Source: Paramoeba atlantica
Lineage: Eukaryota > Protista > Discosea
DNA: 64,000 nucleotides
NCBI GenBank assembly: GCA_977017575.1
Contig: CDRNVI010000018.1
Location: 248,001-312,000, forward strand
Direction: 5' to 3'
In this document: piece after piece, positions 45,370-56,250 of the stretch
Position numbering within the stretch: the stretch's first letter is position 1
How the letters are laid out: every line of letters begins with the position of its first letter
Made by a program: the position numbers and the translations under genes
The notes under the pieces: model-generated
The model's database searches: none
Told to the model about the DNA's origin: nothing
The model's input: the letters and a program-made list of their open reading frames with translations, nothing else

Positions 45370-46738
45370 TTACGGACTGAGTCCAAATACTTTAATTGCT
45401 GGGCGTGGGTGACCGCAAAGTCCAATACCATGCCTTGCGCCAGAGTCCCTTTTGCCAAGGATGCAGTGGGCAGGAAGACATCCGCAGGCCTCGTGAGAGC
45501 TCCTCCGGGGCCTCGGTTTCCGAGACTCATCTCGCGCCGTGGTCCCAATTGGGCCTTGGAACAGAAAGATGAGAATTGTTGTGCCAGGGCGTTGTGGCGG
45601 GCGATGATGCCATGCCCATTTTTACAGAGCAAGGCGTGTTCACCGTTCTTGAGGAGAGGGAGGGTACAGCCTTCGGCCGGACAAGGCCTATCCTCTGGGA
45701 AAACATCCACCCCCAGCCACCAACGTGATAGCGTCCGGAACTCCGTGGGGGTGAAAGCCAACCCTCTTTGCTTTGAGGGTGTCACAAAAGCCCAGTTTCC
45801 GGCCCCTTTACCTGACTGAGAAACCCAGCGTGCCCTCGTTCGGGCGTCTGCCCTTGCGTAAGCAGCATAGAACTCCTGTTCAGCGATTGCGTGGCTCAGG
45901 TGTTTTTGTCGTGGTACGATGGTTTCTGGTTCTGTGATGTCGGGTAAAAGGGGGTGGCGGAGGGAATGGGAAAGTTTTCTTTTCGCCGGGTGTGACTGGG
46001 CGTCCCGTGCCTCGTTGGGGTAGTCTGGTGAGCTTGGCTTGAGGATACGTCCAGTATACAGATCGATCAGGACAGTCCCAACTTTTTGATTTATTTCGCG
46101 TGCCGAATCAAGAAACCCCTCAGCTTCGGCTGAATCCCACTTATCCTTGTCGGCGGCAAAAGCCACAGAAGAAACGTATGCGGCCGAGTGGTAAAGCGAC
46201 GATGAGCGAAGGCCGAATCCCCCGTAACGTTTGGGCCGTTGTAGTTGGTCAAGGGCGGGAAGATCAAGAGGAAAAAGTGCGTGTTCCACAGCGCGCATGA
46301 GGTGAAAATCCAGCTGACGACAGAGTTCTCCGAGGCCTTGGGGAGGGGTGGTACGCAGTGCGTATACCATTTGGCAGAATCCGGCGCACTGCCTTATAAG
46401 GGCGAGGGCCACTTGCGGGTCTTCTATCAAGGAGATGGCTTCCAACGTGTCGCGGGCTGGCTCGATCGCGTGTGTCCTTAGGAAAGTCGCACAGTGTTCT
46501 GGAGAGCCCACCGGACTCCCAAGGATATCAAAGTTTCCGTCATACCTTATTTTGTCGCTAGGAATGTCGGGGAAAAAGGAAGAGGTGTGGGCAGACGCAG
46601 GCGGGGTGATGATTTCACATTTTGAGAGGTTCAGAAAGAGTCCCCACGGAGTTCCCACTTCCGCGAGAACGTCTAGTGCCTTCCGGACTTCCTGTGGTTC
46701 GCCAATGATCACACCATCATCGAGATACCATAACTGTG
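45370..46738 (-). pseudogene. Inverted family D-like RT C-terminus / RLE fragment
   Basis: QLWYLDDG..RHNALA..RPADV..LDFAVTHAQQLKYLDSVRN. Confidence 0.85.
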
Positions 46739-47413
46739 TTTTTTTTTTGCAAATAATTGGGGGGAATAGTATTGAGTCTAACTTTTTATGTATGGAGTCC
46801 AACTTTTCCACAATTTCCACACTTACGGCCCTTCACTTTCCCTTACTCCCCATACTTTCCACACCTACTCCTCTTAGCCCTCTCGTACTTCCCTTCCCCC
46901 ACTCCCTACCCCACTCACCGATCCGCATGCACCCAGGCCCGTATGGTCCTGCACCTCCGCTCCCACCCCGTTAGCAGTAATAAATACTTTTGTTTGCCGT
47001 ACGAGGGTGGGAGACGTGGAGGCCACGAAACACAAAGACGTCGTCACGCCGAGGGAGAAGAGCGCGGAGAGAGACACGGGGGGACTGACGCAGGGGCGAG
47101 AGGAGGCGAAGCACGGGCCCATCTGCCAGGAAACTCTGCCCCCACCCCGTGAGCGAGTATTGTATACTTTTGGCTGCTGACACGGGGGTGGGGGAAGCGA
47201 GAGAGAGAAACACAACAGGGGGGCAAGCGCACTGCGGAGGGAGGGTGAGGTGGGGGGATGCGGCGCAGGGGGGTGATGGGACGAGACGGGGAAGGGGGAT
47301 GCCGACAAAAAGGAGTGTATTTGAGGGGGGTGCCCTCCCATGGTCTGGAAGATGGTGTATGGAAGAAAAGGGGAAATAATTCAACAAGGTACAGAAACTG
47401 TATCTTTATCGTT
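46739..47413 (-). mobile_element. Short SL-to-poly(A) retroposed unit of unknown origin
   Basis: SL nt 8-39 at 47382-47413, about 630 nt body, A10; first 110 nt similar to 19415-19525. Confidence 0.6.
47382..47413 (-). other. Spliced-leader relic (SL nt 8-39) after poly(A)
   Basis: Direct match. Confidence 0.85.
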
Positions 47414-47710
47414 TTTTTTTTCGTACATGGAGAAAATCTTTGCCACAACCGCCTCGACCGCCACCCGGTGTCCAAGTGTGCACCACTGTCACATCATAGA
47501 GTATCTCCCCAACATTTGGCCACATTATGGCCAGATCAGGGCCTGAACGAATTCTCCGAGCACGACAAGGGTGATGTTCTGCGGCTTCAGGTGAAATGAA
47601 ACATTTGCACTTCGTGCAGAAGAAGGAAGAATGAAGGCGTGGTTCTTTTTTTTTTTTTTTTTTCGTACATGGAGAAAATCTTTGCCACAACCGCCTCGAC
47701 CGCCACCCGG
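47414..47710 (-). repeat. Duplicated 47-nt 3' end + poly(A) flanking a CRE A/B RLE fragment
   Basis: 47422-47468 = 47664-47710; the interval encodes HSSFFCTKCKC..RSGPDL..YDVTVVHT. Confidence 0.75.
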
Positions 47711-48553
47711 CGTCCAACCGGCAGGCTTTTCTTGGTCGAGTGAGCTGGCCACCTTCCAGTGGCAAGATGAATGGGTGTTTCCACCCACGCACCTCAGGGG
47801 AGACACCCCATTACAGGGTAGTGCGAGACTTGCTTACCAGAGTTTTGTTGAATCTCGGATTGCGTCAGAGACTCTGGTAGCTCACTCGCTAAAAACTCCA
47901 CTGCTCCGGATTGTTAGTCCAGGAGCGCTCCTAGCGTGGAGAAACGAAGGGTCTAGCCTAGAAAAAAGGATCTAGTCCCTTCGCTTCTCCGGGAGATGGG
48001 GAGGGATAAAACCTCAGCTAGCACCAATGCCGTTCCACCTCCACCGAGAGGGTAGGGTTAGCGCGCTCGCTAACAACACACATGCCTTGGCGACGGGATG
48101 CTACCCCGTCTATGCCCCGGAACGCGGTTAACGACGCCGCGAACAAGGGTTGAACAGGAATAGGAACGGACACATTCCCTCCTGCCAGCTCGGAAACCCT
48201 TACGTCGGAAGGCTGGGGTCGCCACGCCCCATCACCGGCAACGGTCCAATGCCGGGCTCCTGACCTCGTCTTCCCCTTCTGACGCACCCAAAAGGATATG
48301 CCGTGGCAATGGCGATCCAGTTAGGATAAACAAAAAGGGGGTAGAGCCCTGCCTAAGCCCCGTCGAACTTGGGACAATTCCGACGAGTTTACTTTCCGAG
48401 CCATGGTACAATAATTCGGATGCTCCAGCATACTCAACTTCGAAATACCTTTGAAATGGGCGCAGTGCGCTAAACGCGAATACATGCTTTGCGATTAGAT
48501 TCCTGCATGGTGAGTTGAACGCGTTTTTGGAATCAACCGATAGTATGGAGTAT
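47711..48553 (+). mobile_element. Probable 3' end of an unidentified element (ORF tail to 47975 + structured UTR)
   Basis: UTR shares motifs and helix topology with the family D 3' RNA; the ORF tail was not recognised. Confidence 0.4.
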
Positions 48554-48583
48554 CGATAAAGATACAGTTTCTGTACCTTGTTG
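48554..48583 (+). other. Spliced-leader relic (SL nt 10-39)
   Basis: Direct match. Confidence 0.85.
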
Positions 48584-49147
48584 AATTATTTTCAATTTCG
48601 TACTAACTGTTACTTCCCCCATTGGGGCATGACACTTCACCCTCCTACCCCGCCCCCCCTAGCGCCAGGCGACCTCCCTCGAGGATCTGCCAGCGCGCCC
48701 CCACCTCGAGAGAAAAGCTTCCGCCTCACCCAGAATCGGGCAGTATCCCTACGTCTCAGAAACTCGGAGTCTCCACACTGGCTTTACTTCCCCGACACGC
48801 ACGCGGCAGCCTTATTCCTAACTGAGAAGGACCATTTCTAAGCGGAAATCACAGCGGAGCTTTCCCTCGCACGAACTCTCTCATCAGGAGCGAAGCGCTC
48901 CGACGGAATCGTGGTCCAAAGATGCACTTTGAACGACGTTATGGACCACAAAGCATGCGATTACTTCTCTTCCGCGAAACTTCGGCGCCATATTCGATCT
49001 ACCGACACACAAGCTGGGCCTCAGCGTATAATGACAAAGACATGAATCTCGACCAGGATTATTCCTCAGCGGGATCCCTAGGACGGGCCATACAAAAACG
49101 ACTCAACGGACGTGTAACACCCTCACTGGCCCGCTTCGCAATATCAC

Positions 49148-52100
49148 ATGTCTCCCCCTGAGCCGCAACAAGACGCAGATATCGGGTGGACCAAGCCGAA
49201 AATCCAATTTGACGAACCCTACCGAATCCTCCCCACACGGAACACCCCCGCAGAACCGGCCCCTACATCAGCACGCACCGAACCTTGCGCACACCGTTGC
49301 TTCAATAAAATGAGATGCAAACATCCCTGCTGCAAAATCACCGACCCGGAAAGCGGAAATCCTCATTTACCTGAACCCGTAAGCGCAGCTACGCAGGTAC
49401 CAACCACAACTGACTCCCCTAGCGAGCCACATGCAGAAAATCTCACTCCAGCACCACTTCCCTCCACGCCAAGCAGCCCTCCCACCTCGGTGACGCATCG
49501 GCCCTGCAAGCACATATGCCGAGATAAAGCGAATTGCAAACATCGATGCTGCAAGGTGGGAGTCCCCATCTCCCCTCGTCCTCACCCAGAACGGGCAACG
49601 GCAACTCCTCTCACACCCTCCCTTGACGAGCGGAGCACCCGAACCGTCCAATCAGCACTACATGAACCCCGTGCGTACCAGAGCCGTGAAACCAGGCGGG
49701 CGCACGACTACGACAGCGATAGAGCCTCGGAAACGCGCCCCTCTGCAGCCCGTTGGTCCCTGAGGAGTCTCATACCGTGGACCTCACAAAATGAGCGAGC
49801 GCAGCTCTCTGACAACGTGACAACCGAGGCCCATGCAGCAAATGCCCCACTAGAAGACACTAACCCTCATGTCACAGCACTTCCCGATCCACTGCCGATT
49901 CCCAACAACTCCACACCTGCCCTTAGCAATGAGGTACAAGTCAATAGACGACCGTGTCTGCATAAATGCCAGGACAAAGCCCGATGCCTACACAAGTGCT
50001 GCAAAGAAGGAGTACTAGTTTCCGCGCGGCCCTCATCCGCTGAATCGTCATGCTGGAGTCTTCGAAGTCTATTCCTAGGGTCACGACCCCCAGCAGAGAG
50101 ACAGATCAACCCCGACGGATCCGTGCAAAACATCAGTATTTCCAGAAGTCAAAACTCTCGCCTCAACCAATCCACGGAAGAGACACCAACCACCACGCCG
50201 ACAACCACATCGACGACCTCAAGCAGCCAGACGCGATCCACCGGTCAGAGAAACTCGATCTCGTCGGGGGATGAGAACGATCAACCAACTCCCAACTCAC
50301 CCCAATTGATAAGGAACCCTGAGAACCAGCCTGAACCGCCACTGCTTCGATCTTCCCGCTCTCTGATGGCTAATGCGAACCGATCGAGGGCCGCAACGTC
50401 CCGATTGGAGAACGTGCAGGATACACCCGGAACTCTTCTATCGACACTACGCACCATAGAAGGAGGCCGCATCATGATACATCTTTCCTCTGCTCAGTGG
50501 CAGCGCACGGAGGAAAAGGCACTGGAAAGATGTACCAAATTTCTGAGTCCCGCAGAGAGTGCCGACGAGGCTACCGCACAAGCAGAACTACTCACGGCAT
50601 GTCTCGCGGTGTCGGCATACGAGGTGGCCAGCGAGGCAGACCCAACCGGGGGATTCCGTATTAGAACAAACGCGCGTCACAACCGTCGCAGAACACGCCC
50701 CCTGGCAGCGGAGCGCTCGGCCAAGCAGCTTGAAACTCACGTTCGACAACTGAAAGCAACACTGCGATATACCCACGGACGGGCCGAGCGGAACCACGTC
50801 AAGGGTCAACTGAAAGAGGCTGTAAAACTTCAGAAGGTCTACATGGCAGAAGGAGAAGCGCAGCGACTGGAGATGGCTCAGCGCTGGGCCCACACAAGAT
50901 TTCAAAGGAATCCCTGGACGGCAGGTAGTGAATGTATTGATAACCACGAAAAAGAAGCACAGCAACGTAATGGGAAGCATCCAGACATCGCCCCCGCCGA
51001 AGTAGAGTCCTATTTCAGGGGCTCTATGGAAACAACTCAAGAATGTGGACTTCCTCCAACAGAGCTTCTGGGCCCCCAGGCGGATAGAGACATGACATGG
51101 GAAGCAATAGATAGCGCCACGATCGCAGCCGCTGTATCATCGAAGCGCCATACAGCGGCACCAGGCTCTGACACCGTTAGCAATGCGCTGCTAAAGCGCT
51201 GCCCCGCGCTACACCCTTTCTTAGCCCAATCGTTTAACGACCTCTTCAAATTTGGGGTCTGTCCCGACAACTGGAAGAAAGCGGTTACCCTTCTTGTGCA
51301 TAAAAGTGGCCCTACGCAGAACGTTTCCAACTGGCGGCCCATAAGCCTTACGAGCTGTCTCGGGAAACTCTTCCACAGCATTGTCAGCCACCGGATTCAG
51401 GAACATGTCATAGGATCGGGAGTAATAGATACTACAATCCAGAAGGGATTCCTGCCTGGTGTGAATGGCTGTATCGAACATACCCAAGCGCTTTGTGAAC
51501 TTCTTGACCAGCAACGGCAACACAAACGCCAATACTGCCTTGGACAGTACGACCTCAAAAATGCCTTTGGTTCACTCCCACACTGTGTGCTCTTCTCTGC
51601 CCTGGAATGGGCTCGCCTTCCCACCAACGTTATCACGTACATTCGAGCCCTGTACACGGGAGCTTCCATGCAAGTGAAGTGTGCAGAGGGATTGACCGGA
51701 GATATCTCTATAACACGTGGCGTCCTCCAAGGCGATACCTTATCTCCTGTTCTCTTTCTCATCGCAATGGAAGTGGTCCTTCGGTACCTCCGATCTAGCC
51801 TGCCAAAATATGGTATTGTATGGGACACGCGAGAAACCTTCATAAAAGCGTTTGCTGATGACCTAACCCTTGTCACGAGCACCCCTGACGAATTACAGCG
51901 GGCGACCAACGTTCTGCACCGGGTTCTCACCACTATGGGGCTCCGGCTGAACGTCGGGAAGTGCCGAGTGCAACACATGGCAGTCCTCAACGGAGGTTAC
52001 AAGACACATCGCCCTCGCATAGTCGCGGATGGGCAGGTAATTCCACATATCTGTGACAAGGGAAGTCTCTTTCTCGGAATGACGCTAGCTCCTGGGGCAC

Positions 52101-53365
52101 AACAAGGAAAAGTTCTATTCAAAACCCTGCAATGTAAGTTGCGGAAGTGGCTCGGAAACATTACGGAAAGCGCATTTGATCAAGCAGCGAAAATGTGGAT
52201 TTACAATAACGCAATAATTTCCCGTCTCCGGTACGTCCTGACTGTGAACACAGGGATCACTTTCAACTATATCCTACGTCTCCAAAAGCTGGCCACAAAC
52301 CAAATCAGGAAATGGCTTAACGTTGCGAAAACGGCCACAAGTGAACTCTTCTACTCTGAGCGCGGCTGGCGGATGATGAGCATCTCTAAGCTTTGGCTGC
52401 AGTGTACGGCCACAGCCATCTCGCAAATGTCCAAATCTCGTGACCCAGCGGTACAGTACGCATTACGACACAGGATAGCCAACGAGCAACGTAGACGCTC
52501 ATCAGGACATGTGAGGCCCGCAGCGAGGTTCTATGATGTGCGGGATGACCCCGATAACCTCCGAAGAACAATTAACGATGAGTATGAAAGGCACTTGATC
52601 GAGTCAGTACAACGCCGCACCACCATAGCCTGCGAATGGTTTCAAATGGCTACAGAAAGCGACCTAGCGAAAGACTTCGCTTCTGCCCTATGTAATATCA
52701 AAAGCTCCTCCCTCTCTCGCTTCGCGGCATCCGTGCTCACTCAAACTCCACTTCCTACGCGTTCCTCTCTCCGCCGGTGGGGCATATCGTCACACACGAA
52801 CGTCACATGTCCAATTTGTGGCGAAGCGACCCAGACCCCGCGCCACATCTTAACAGGCTGCAAAGTGTCCCTTGAGCAAGGACGGTATACATACCGCCAT
52901 GATCTTATACTACTTGCCCTTGCAGACGCTGTTGCCAACTCTCCCACCACATCCTCGTACCACTTTGACGTGGACCTGTACCGCAACTCTCCTCCCTGGC
53001 TCTCGCACGGAACTGAACTGAGACCAGATGGATGGGTGCGGCTGCACAACGGGTCCGAGTACATAATTGAACTTACATCCCCATGGGAAGAGAACTTGGA
53101 ATACGCCCACGAACGGAAGGTTCGTAAGTACACACATCTTTACACGCAGCGCAGGCTAGCGAATCCGTCGACCTTTCTCCTGGTTTTTGAAGTTGGTGCG
53201 AGAGGAAAGCTGAACTCCTCCGCACGTGCGGTAAACTCCCTCTTTGGAACTAAGGCTGAAGCCTCCAAGTGTAGGGAAAAACTAGTGCAGCGAGCACTAC
53301 TAGGAAGTTTCCACATATACCAACAACGGGAGAACCCCAACTGGTATATGCCAAGCTTCCAATGA
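49148..53365 (+). CDS. 3x Cys/His finger + RT + CCHC + RLE polyprotein, intact
   Basis: NWRPISL, QKGF, DLKNAFGS, GVLQGDTLSP, FADD; CPICG..HILTGC; GRYTYRHD; RPD..IELTSPWE..KVRKY. Confidence 0.9.
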   Translation: MSPPEPQQDADIGWTKPKIQFDEPYRILPTRNTPAEPAPTSARTEPCAHRCFNKMRCKHPCCKITDPESGNPHLPEPVSAATQVPTTTDSPSEPHAENLTPAPLPSTPSSPPTSVTHRPCKHICRDKANCKHRCCKVGVPISPRPHPERATATPLTPSLDERSTRTVQSALHEPRAYQSRETRRAHDYDSDRASETRPSAARWSLRSLIPWTSQNERAQLSDNVTTEAHAANAPLEDTNPHVTALPDPLPIPNNSTPALSNEVQVNRRPCLHKCQDKARCLHKCCKEGVLVSARPSSAESSCWSLRSLFLGSRPPAERQINPDGSVQNISISRSQNSRLNQSTEETPTTTPTTTSTTSSSQTRSTGQRNSISSGDENDQPTPNSPQLIRNPENQPEPPLLRSSRSLMANANRSRAATSRLENVQDTPGTLLSTLRTIEGGRIMIHLSSAQWQRTEEKALERCTKFLSPAESADEATAQAELLTACLAVSAYEVASEADPTGGFRIRTNARHNRRRTRPLAAERSAKQLETHVRQLKATLRYTHGRAERNHVKGQLKEAVKLQKVYMAEGEAQRLEMAQRWAHTRFQRNPWTAGSECIDNHEKEAQQRNGKHPDIAPAEVESYFRGSMETTQECGLPPTELLGPQADRDMTWEAIDSATIAAAVSSKRHTAAPGSDTVSNALLKRCPALHPFLAQSFNDLFKFGVCPDNWKKAVTLLVHKSGPTQNVSNWRPISLTSCLGKLFHSIVSHRIQEHVIGSGVIDTTIQKGFLPGVNGCIEHTQALCELLDQQRQHKRQYCLGQYDLKNAFGSLPHCVLFSALEWARLPTNVITYIRALYTGASMQVKCAEGLTGDISITRGVLQGDTLSPVLFLIAMEVVLRYLRSSLPKYGIVWDTRETFIKAFADDLTLVTSTPDELQRATNVLHRVLTTMGLRLNVGKCRVQHMAVLNGGYKTHRPRIVADGQVIPHICDKGSLFLGMTLAPGAQQGKVLFKTLQCKLRKWLGNITESAFDQAAKMWIYNNAIISRLRYVLTVNTGITFNYILRLQKLATNQIRKWLNVAKTATSELFYSERGWRMMSISKLWLQCTATAISQMSKSRDPAVQYALRHRIANEQRRRSSGHVRPAARFYDVRDDPDNLRRTINDEYERHLIESVQRRTTIACEWFQMATESDLAKDFASALCNIKSSSLSRFAASVLTQTPLPTRSSLRRWGISSHTNVTCPICGEATQTPRHILTGCKVSLEQGRYTYRHDLILLALADAVANSPTTSSYHFDVDLYRNSPPWLSHGTELRPDGWVRLHNGSEYIIELTSPWEENLEYAHERKVRKYTHLYTQRRLANPSTFLLVFEVGARGKLNSSARAVNSLFGTKAEASKCREKLVQRALLGSFHIYQQRENPNWYMPSFQ

Positions 53366-53465
53366 GGTGGGCATGTCAGAAGAAGAAGTGCGTTTTGGGC
53401 GCACTAAAGGGATACACCCGATCTTCTTCTGTTTTAATCTCTGCAGTTTACTGCATGATAATCAC

Positions 53466-56250
53466 AAAAAATACCGCTCGCGAAGTTTGTGAACGATCCG
53501 TTCACATCCCGCTCTTGAAAACACTCCCTGCTGCATCGGTGCAAACATGGGCGCCAAGGTATCTTCGTAGCGTTGCATCAGGACAATCCCAGCTAGTTTA
53601 GACAGGACCTCTCCCATTGCGACTGGGCGCACTCCACCATTCTCTATCGGGATCGCCACCAACCGTGAACGGTTCAGCCTATTAGTTACGTCTTTCACAA
53701 GGAAACCGTTTATGAGGTCGCAAAGCATATGGCACAGATTCAAACATGATACTTCATCATCGATCATTAACCGCACGATTATATCCGTCCTACCTGTCGG
53801 ACCTGGGCTAACGCCCTTTGCGAGTCGTTTGCCCGCACTGCGTAATTCTTCTTGTGATATGCTGGACATGATCGGAGCCTCCTCCGGGGCTCTAAAATCA
53901 CATGGTTTCTGCGGGTGCAATTCGGCAAGCTTGTCCAAAGTCTCCTCATCGGACAGTCCGCTGGGTTTGAAATCCTGGTCCATTGTTTTTGCTGCTTTTG
54001 TTGTACACCCTTCCAGAGCCAGACGCATCGCTTTCTTAATCGCCCGGGTGTCTTGAGCTTGCTCGTTGCCCTGCGTGGCAGACGTTCTTTCTTCTAGGGG
54101 TCGTCGCCTTCTCCCCTTTGATTCGGCGCGCCGGATCGTTGCCAGGGATAATTTCATAGCCGACAGCAGGCGGTGCCAGATCTGGTTTCGTAGTGGGTAA
54201 TCTGCTGTTGAGTAATTCTGCACGATGTTGCGAAGCAATGAAATTACACATGGCGCGAATTCGGGTCCGATGGCTCGCATGGTAGGTATAGGGAGACGGT
54301 CGATACCTTCAGAGTCTGGAGGGGTAGACAATGGTATTTCTTGATTCTCCAGAAAGGAGTCCCGAAGCACGATGTCATCGATTGCTGGCGGCGCCTGGTG
54401 CCACCAAATACGATAGACTCGGACACAGTCCTGTGGCGGAAGAAAACCTTTGAACTCCTCTCCTCTTCTGTATCCCCGATACCCCGTGTAGGCTATGGTG
54501 AGCTTCCCCAGGCCCCCGCGTTTGCTGTAAGTCCTTATTACCTTCCCATTGGATATGTTCAGTTCCTTCTGACGGACAAATGTCCAGACTACTGTGCACT
54601 GGGCTCCTGTCTTGATCTGCTTTGATTGGCGCCAAATTTCATCAGCCGGAATGGGAAATTGAGCGGCAGGGTTAATCGAGTCAGCAATTGTCACCGCATA
54701 ATCCTCCGTCATTAGATTCTCTCCAACATATGTGTATCTAATCGCGTCGACTCGCCTGTCCGCCAGTTGCAGCAACCTTTCCCCACTTGCATTTTCTTGA
54801 TTTACTGGTTCTCCTAGAAGTCCTGCGCTGGTTTCCTGTTCCTCCATTTTCCCTGGCTCTTGCATATCAATATCGTTAAAATTTTCGCTGTGAGGTGACG
54901 TGCAGTCGTGAAACTCATACACGAGTTGATCGTCCAATTCAATAGGCGATTGCGATGATTTGCCAGAGACAACGGGTGGATCATCTTCCTCTCTTGAAGA
55001 ATCGGACGATGTGTCGATTGCTTGGTGAGCTTCAACACAACATTGCGCTGCGCTTTCGGAATTGAATATGGCATTTGTCGTTGTTGTAATGGCAGCCGCC
55101 GCCGTGGAACACGTTTTCCTGATTCTGCTGCTCCATGTTCCGGGTTCATTTGTATCTTTCTGTGGAATTTTGCTGCTTGAGATTGGAAGGTGTTGCTCTA
55201 GTGTAGCTGCTTTGGGCGGCAAATTTTGTTTGCCGATCTCTTCCTGCACCTTCCGCAGTCGGTGAAAGTCTTTCGCCGAAAAATCGCCCGACGAACCAAT
55301 GATCCTGACTCGGAGCGTGCGAGCTGTGTTCGGCGACGATGTCACAGGCTGTGGCGATGAAGGCTTTGGCGTGAATGCTGGTGGCGTTGGCGGCGAAGAT
55401 ACTCTCTGCGGCGGGAAAACGAACGCCTTCTTCTTTGATTTCTGTGGCGGGGGAAGGGGCGCTGGCAACTGCGACAAAGATGGCACTGGAGACGCTTGAG
55501 GTATAGAAGGTTGTTTGTTTTTCCGATTATCCGCCTCGTTCGATTGCAATATCTTTATGGACGGCGCGGGGGCTTGCGATGCTTCTATCGGCACAGGGGC
55601 TACTATGATAGGCGTCGTCTCCGTATCTTCCTGTTGCGATGTCGGAGGCAGATCCTCACGTTCTGGATCCACCTCACTTCGCGGCGAAGGGATTTCAAGT
55701 CGGCGACGTGTGTTAAACCTGGTCGGAAACTTTGACGGAAAGTTCGCTGCCAGAGTGTCGTAACAAGAAGGCTTCTTTGACGCCGTTTCGCTTATTTCAG
55801 TTGCCCGTTTTGGGGTTGCCATTTGCGGTGTTACCCGTGGTGTTGGCAGTGTTAGTGTCAGTGACAATGGCGGTCTCGTCGGCGATGGCGGCGGTGGCGG
55901 CGGCGGTGGCGGCGACGATGGCGCCGGCGGCATCAGTGGCGTCGGAGATGGTGTCGGCGCCGGCGTCATCAGTGGCGTCGGCGATGGTGTCGGCGATGGC
56001 TGCGGGGCCGGCGGAAGAGACGGAGGAGTCGAAGGTGACGTCGATTGGAGAGGCGACTGAAGAGGCCGCGGAGGAGGAGGTGGGGGAGATGTCGGTGAAG
56101 CGGACGAGGGCGGCGACTGCGCGAGCGGCGGCGGTGTTGGGGGTGTTGGTGGTGTGGATGGCGGCGGCGGTGGTGGCGGCAGAGGTCGCTCCTCGGGTGC
56201 TTTCTTCTTTCGGCGTGAAGGTGGCAGCGGTAGGACCTTTGGAGCTACTC
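53466..56250 (-). mobile_element. CRE family F (C-like), 5' part; first about 12 codons missing, truncated within RT
   Basis: VAPKVLPLP.. Pro-rich N-terminus; GVSPGPTG, VRPVAMGE; ends at ERY. Confidence 0.8.

Larger units (their letters stand above)
48554..53470 (+). mobile_element. R2-group RLE LINE (HERO/NeSL-like)
   Basis: SL at the 5' end; single long ORF; about 100-nt 3' UTR abutting the truncated family F element. Confidence 0.8.
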
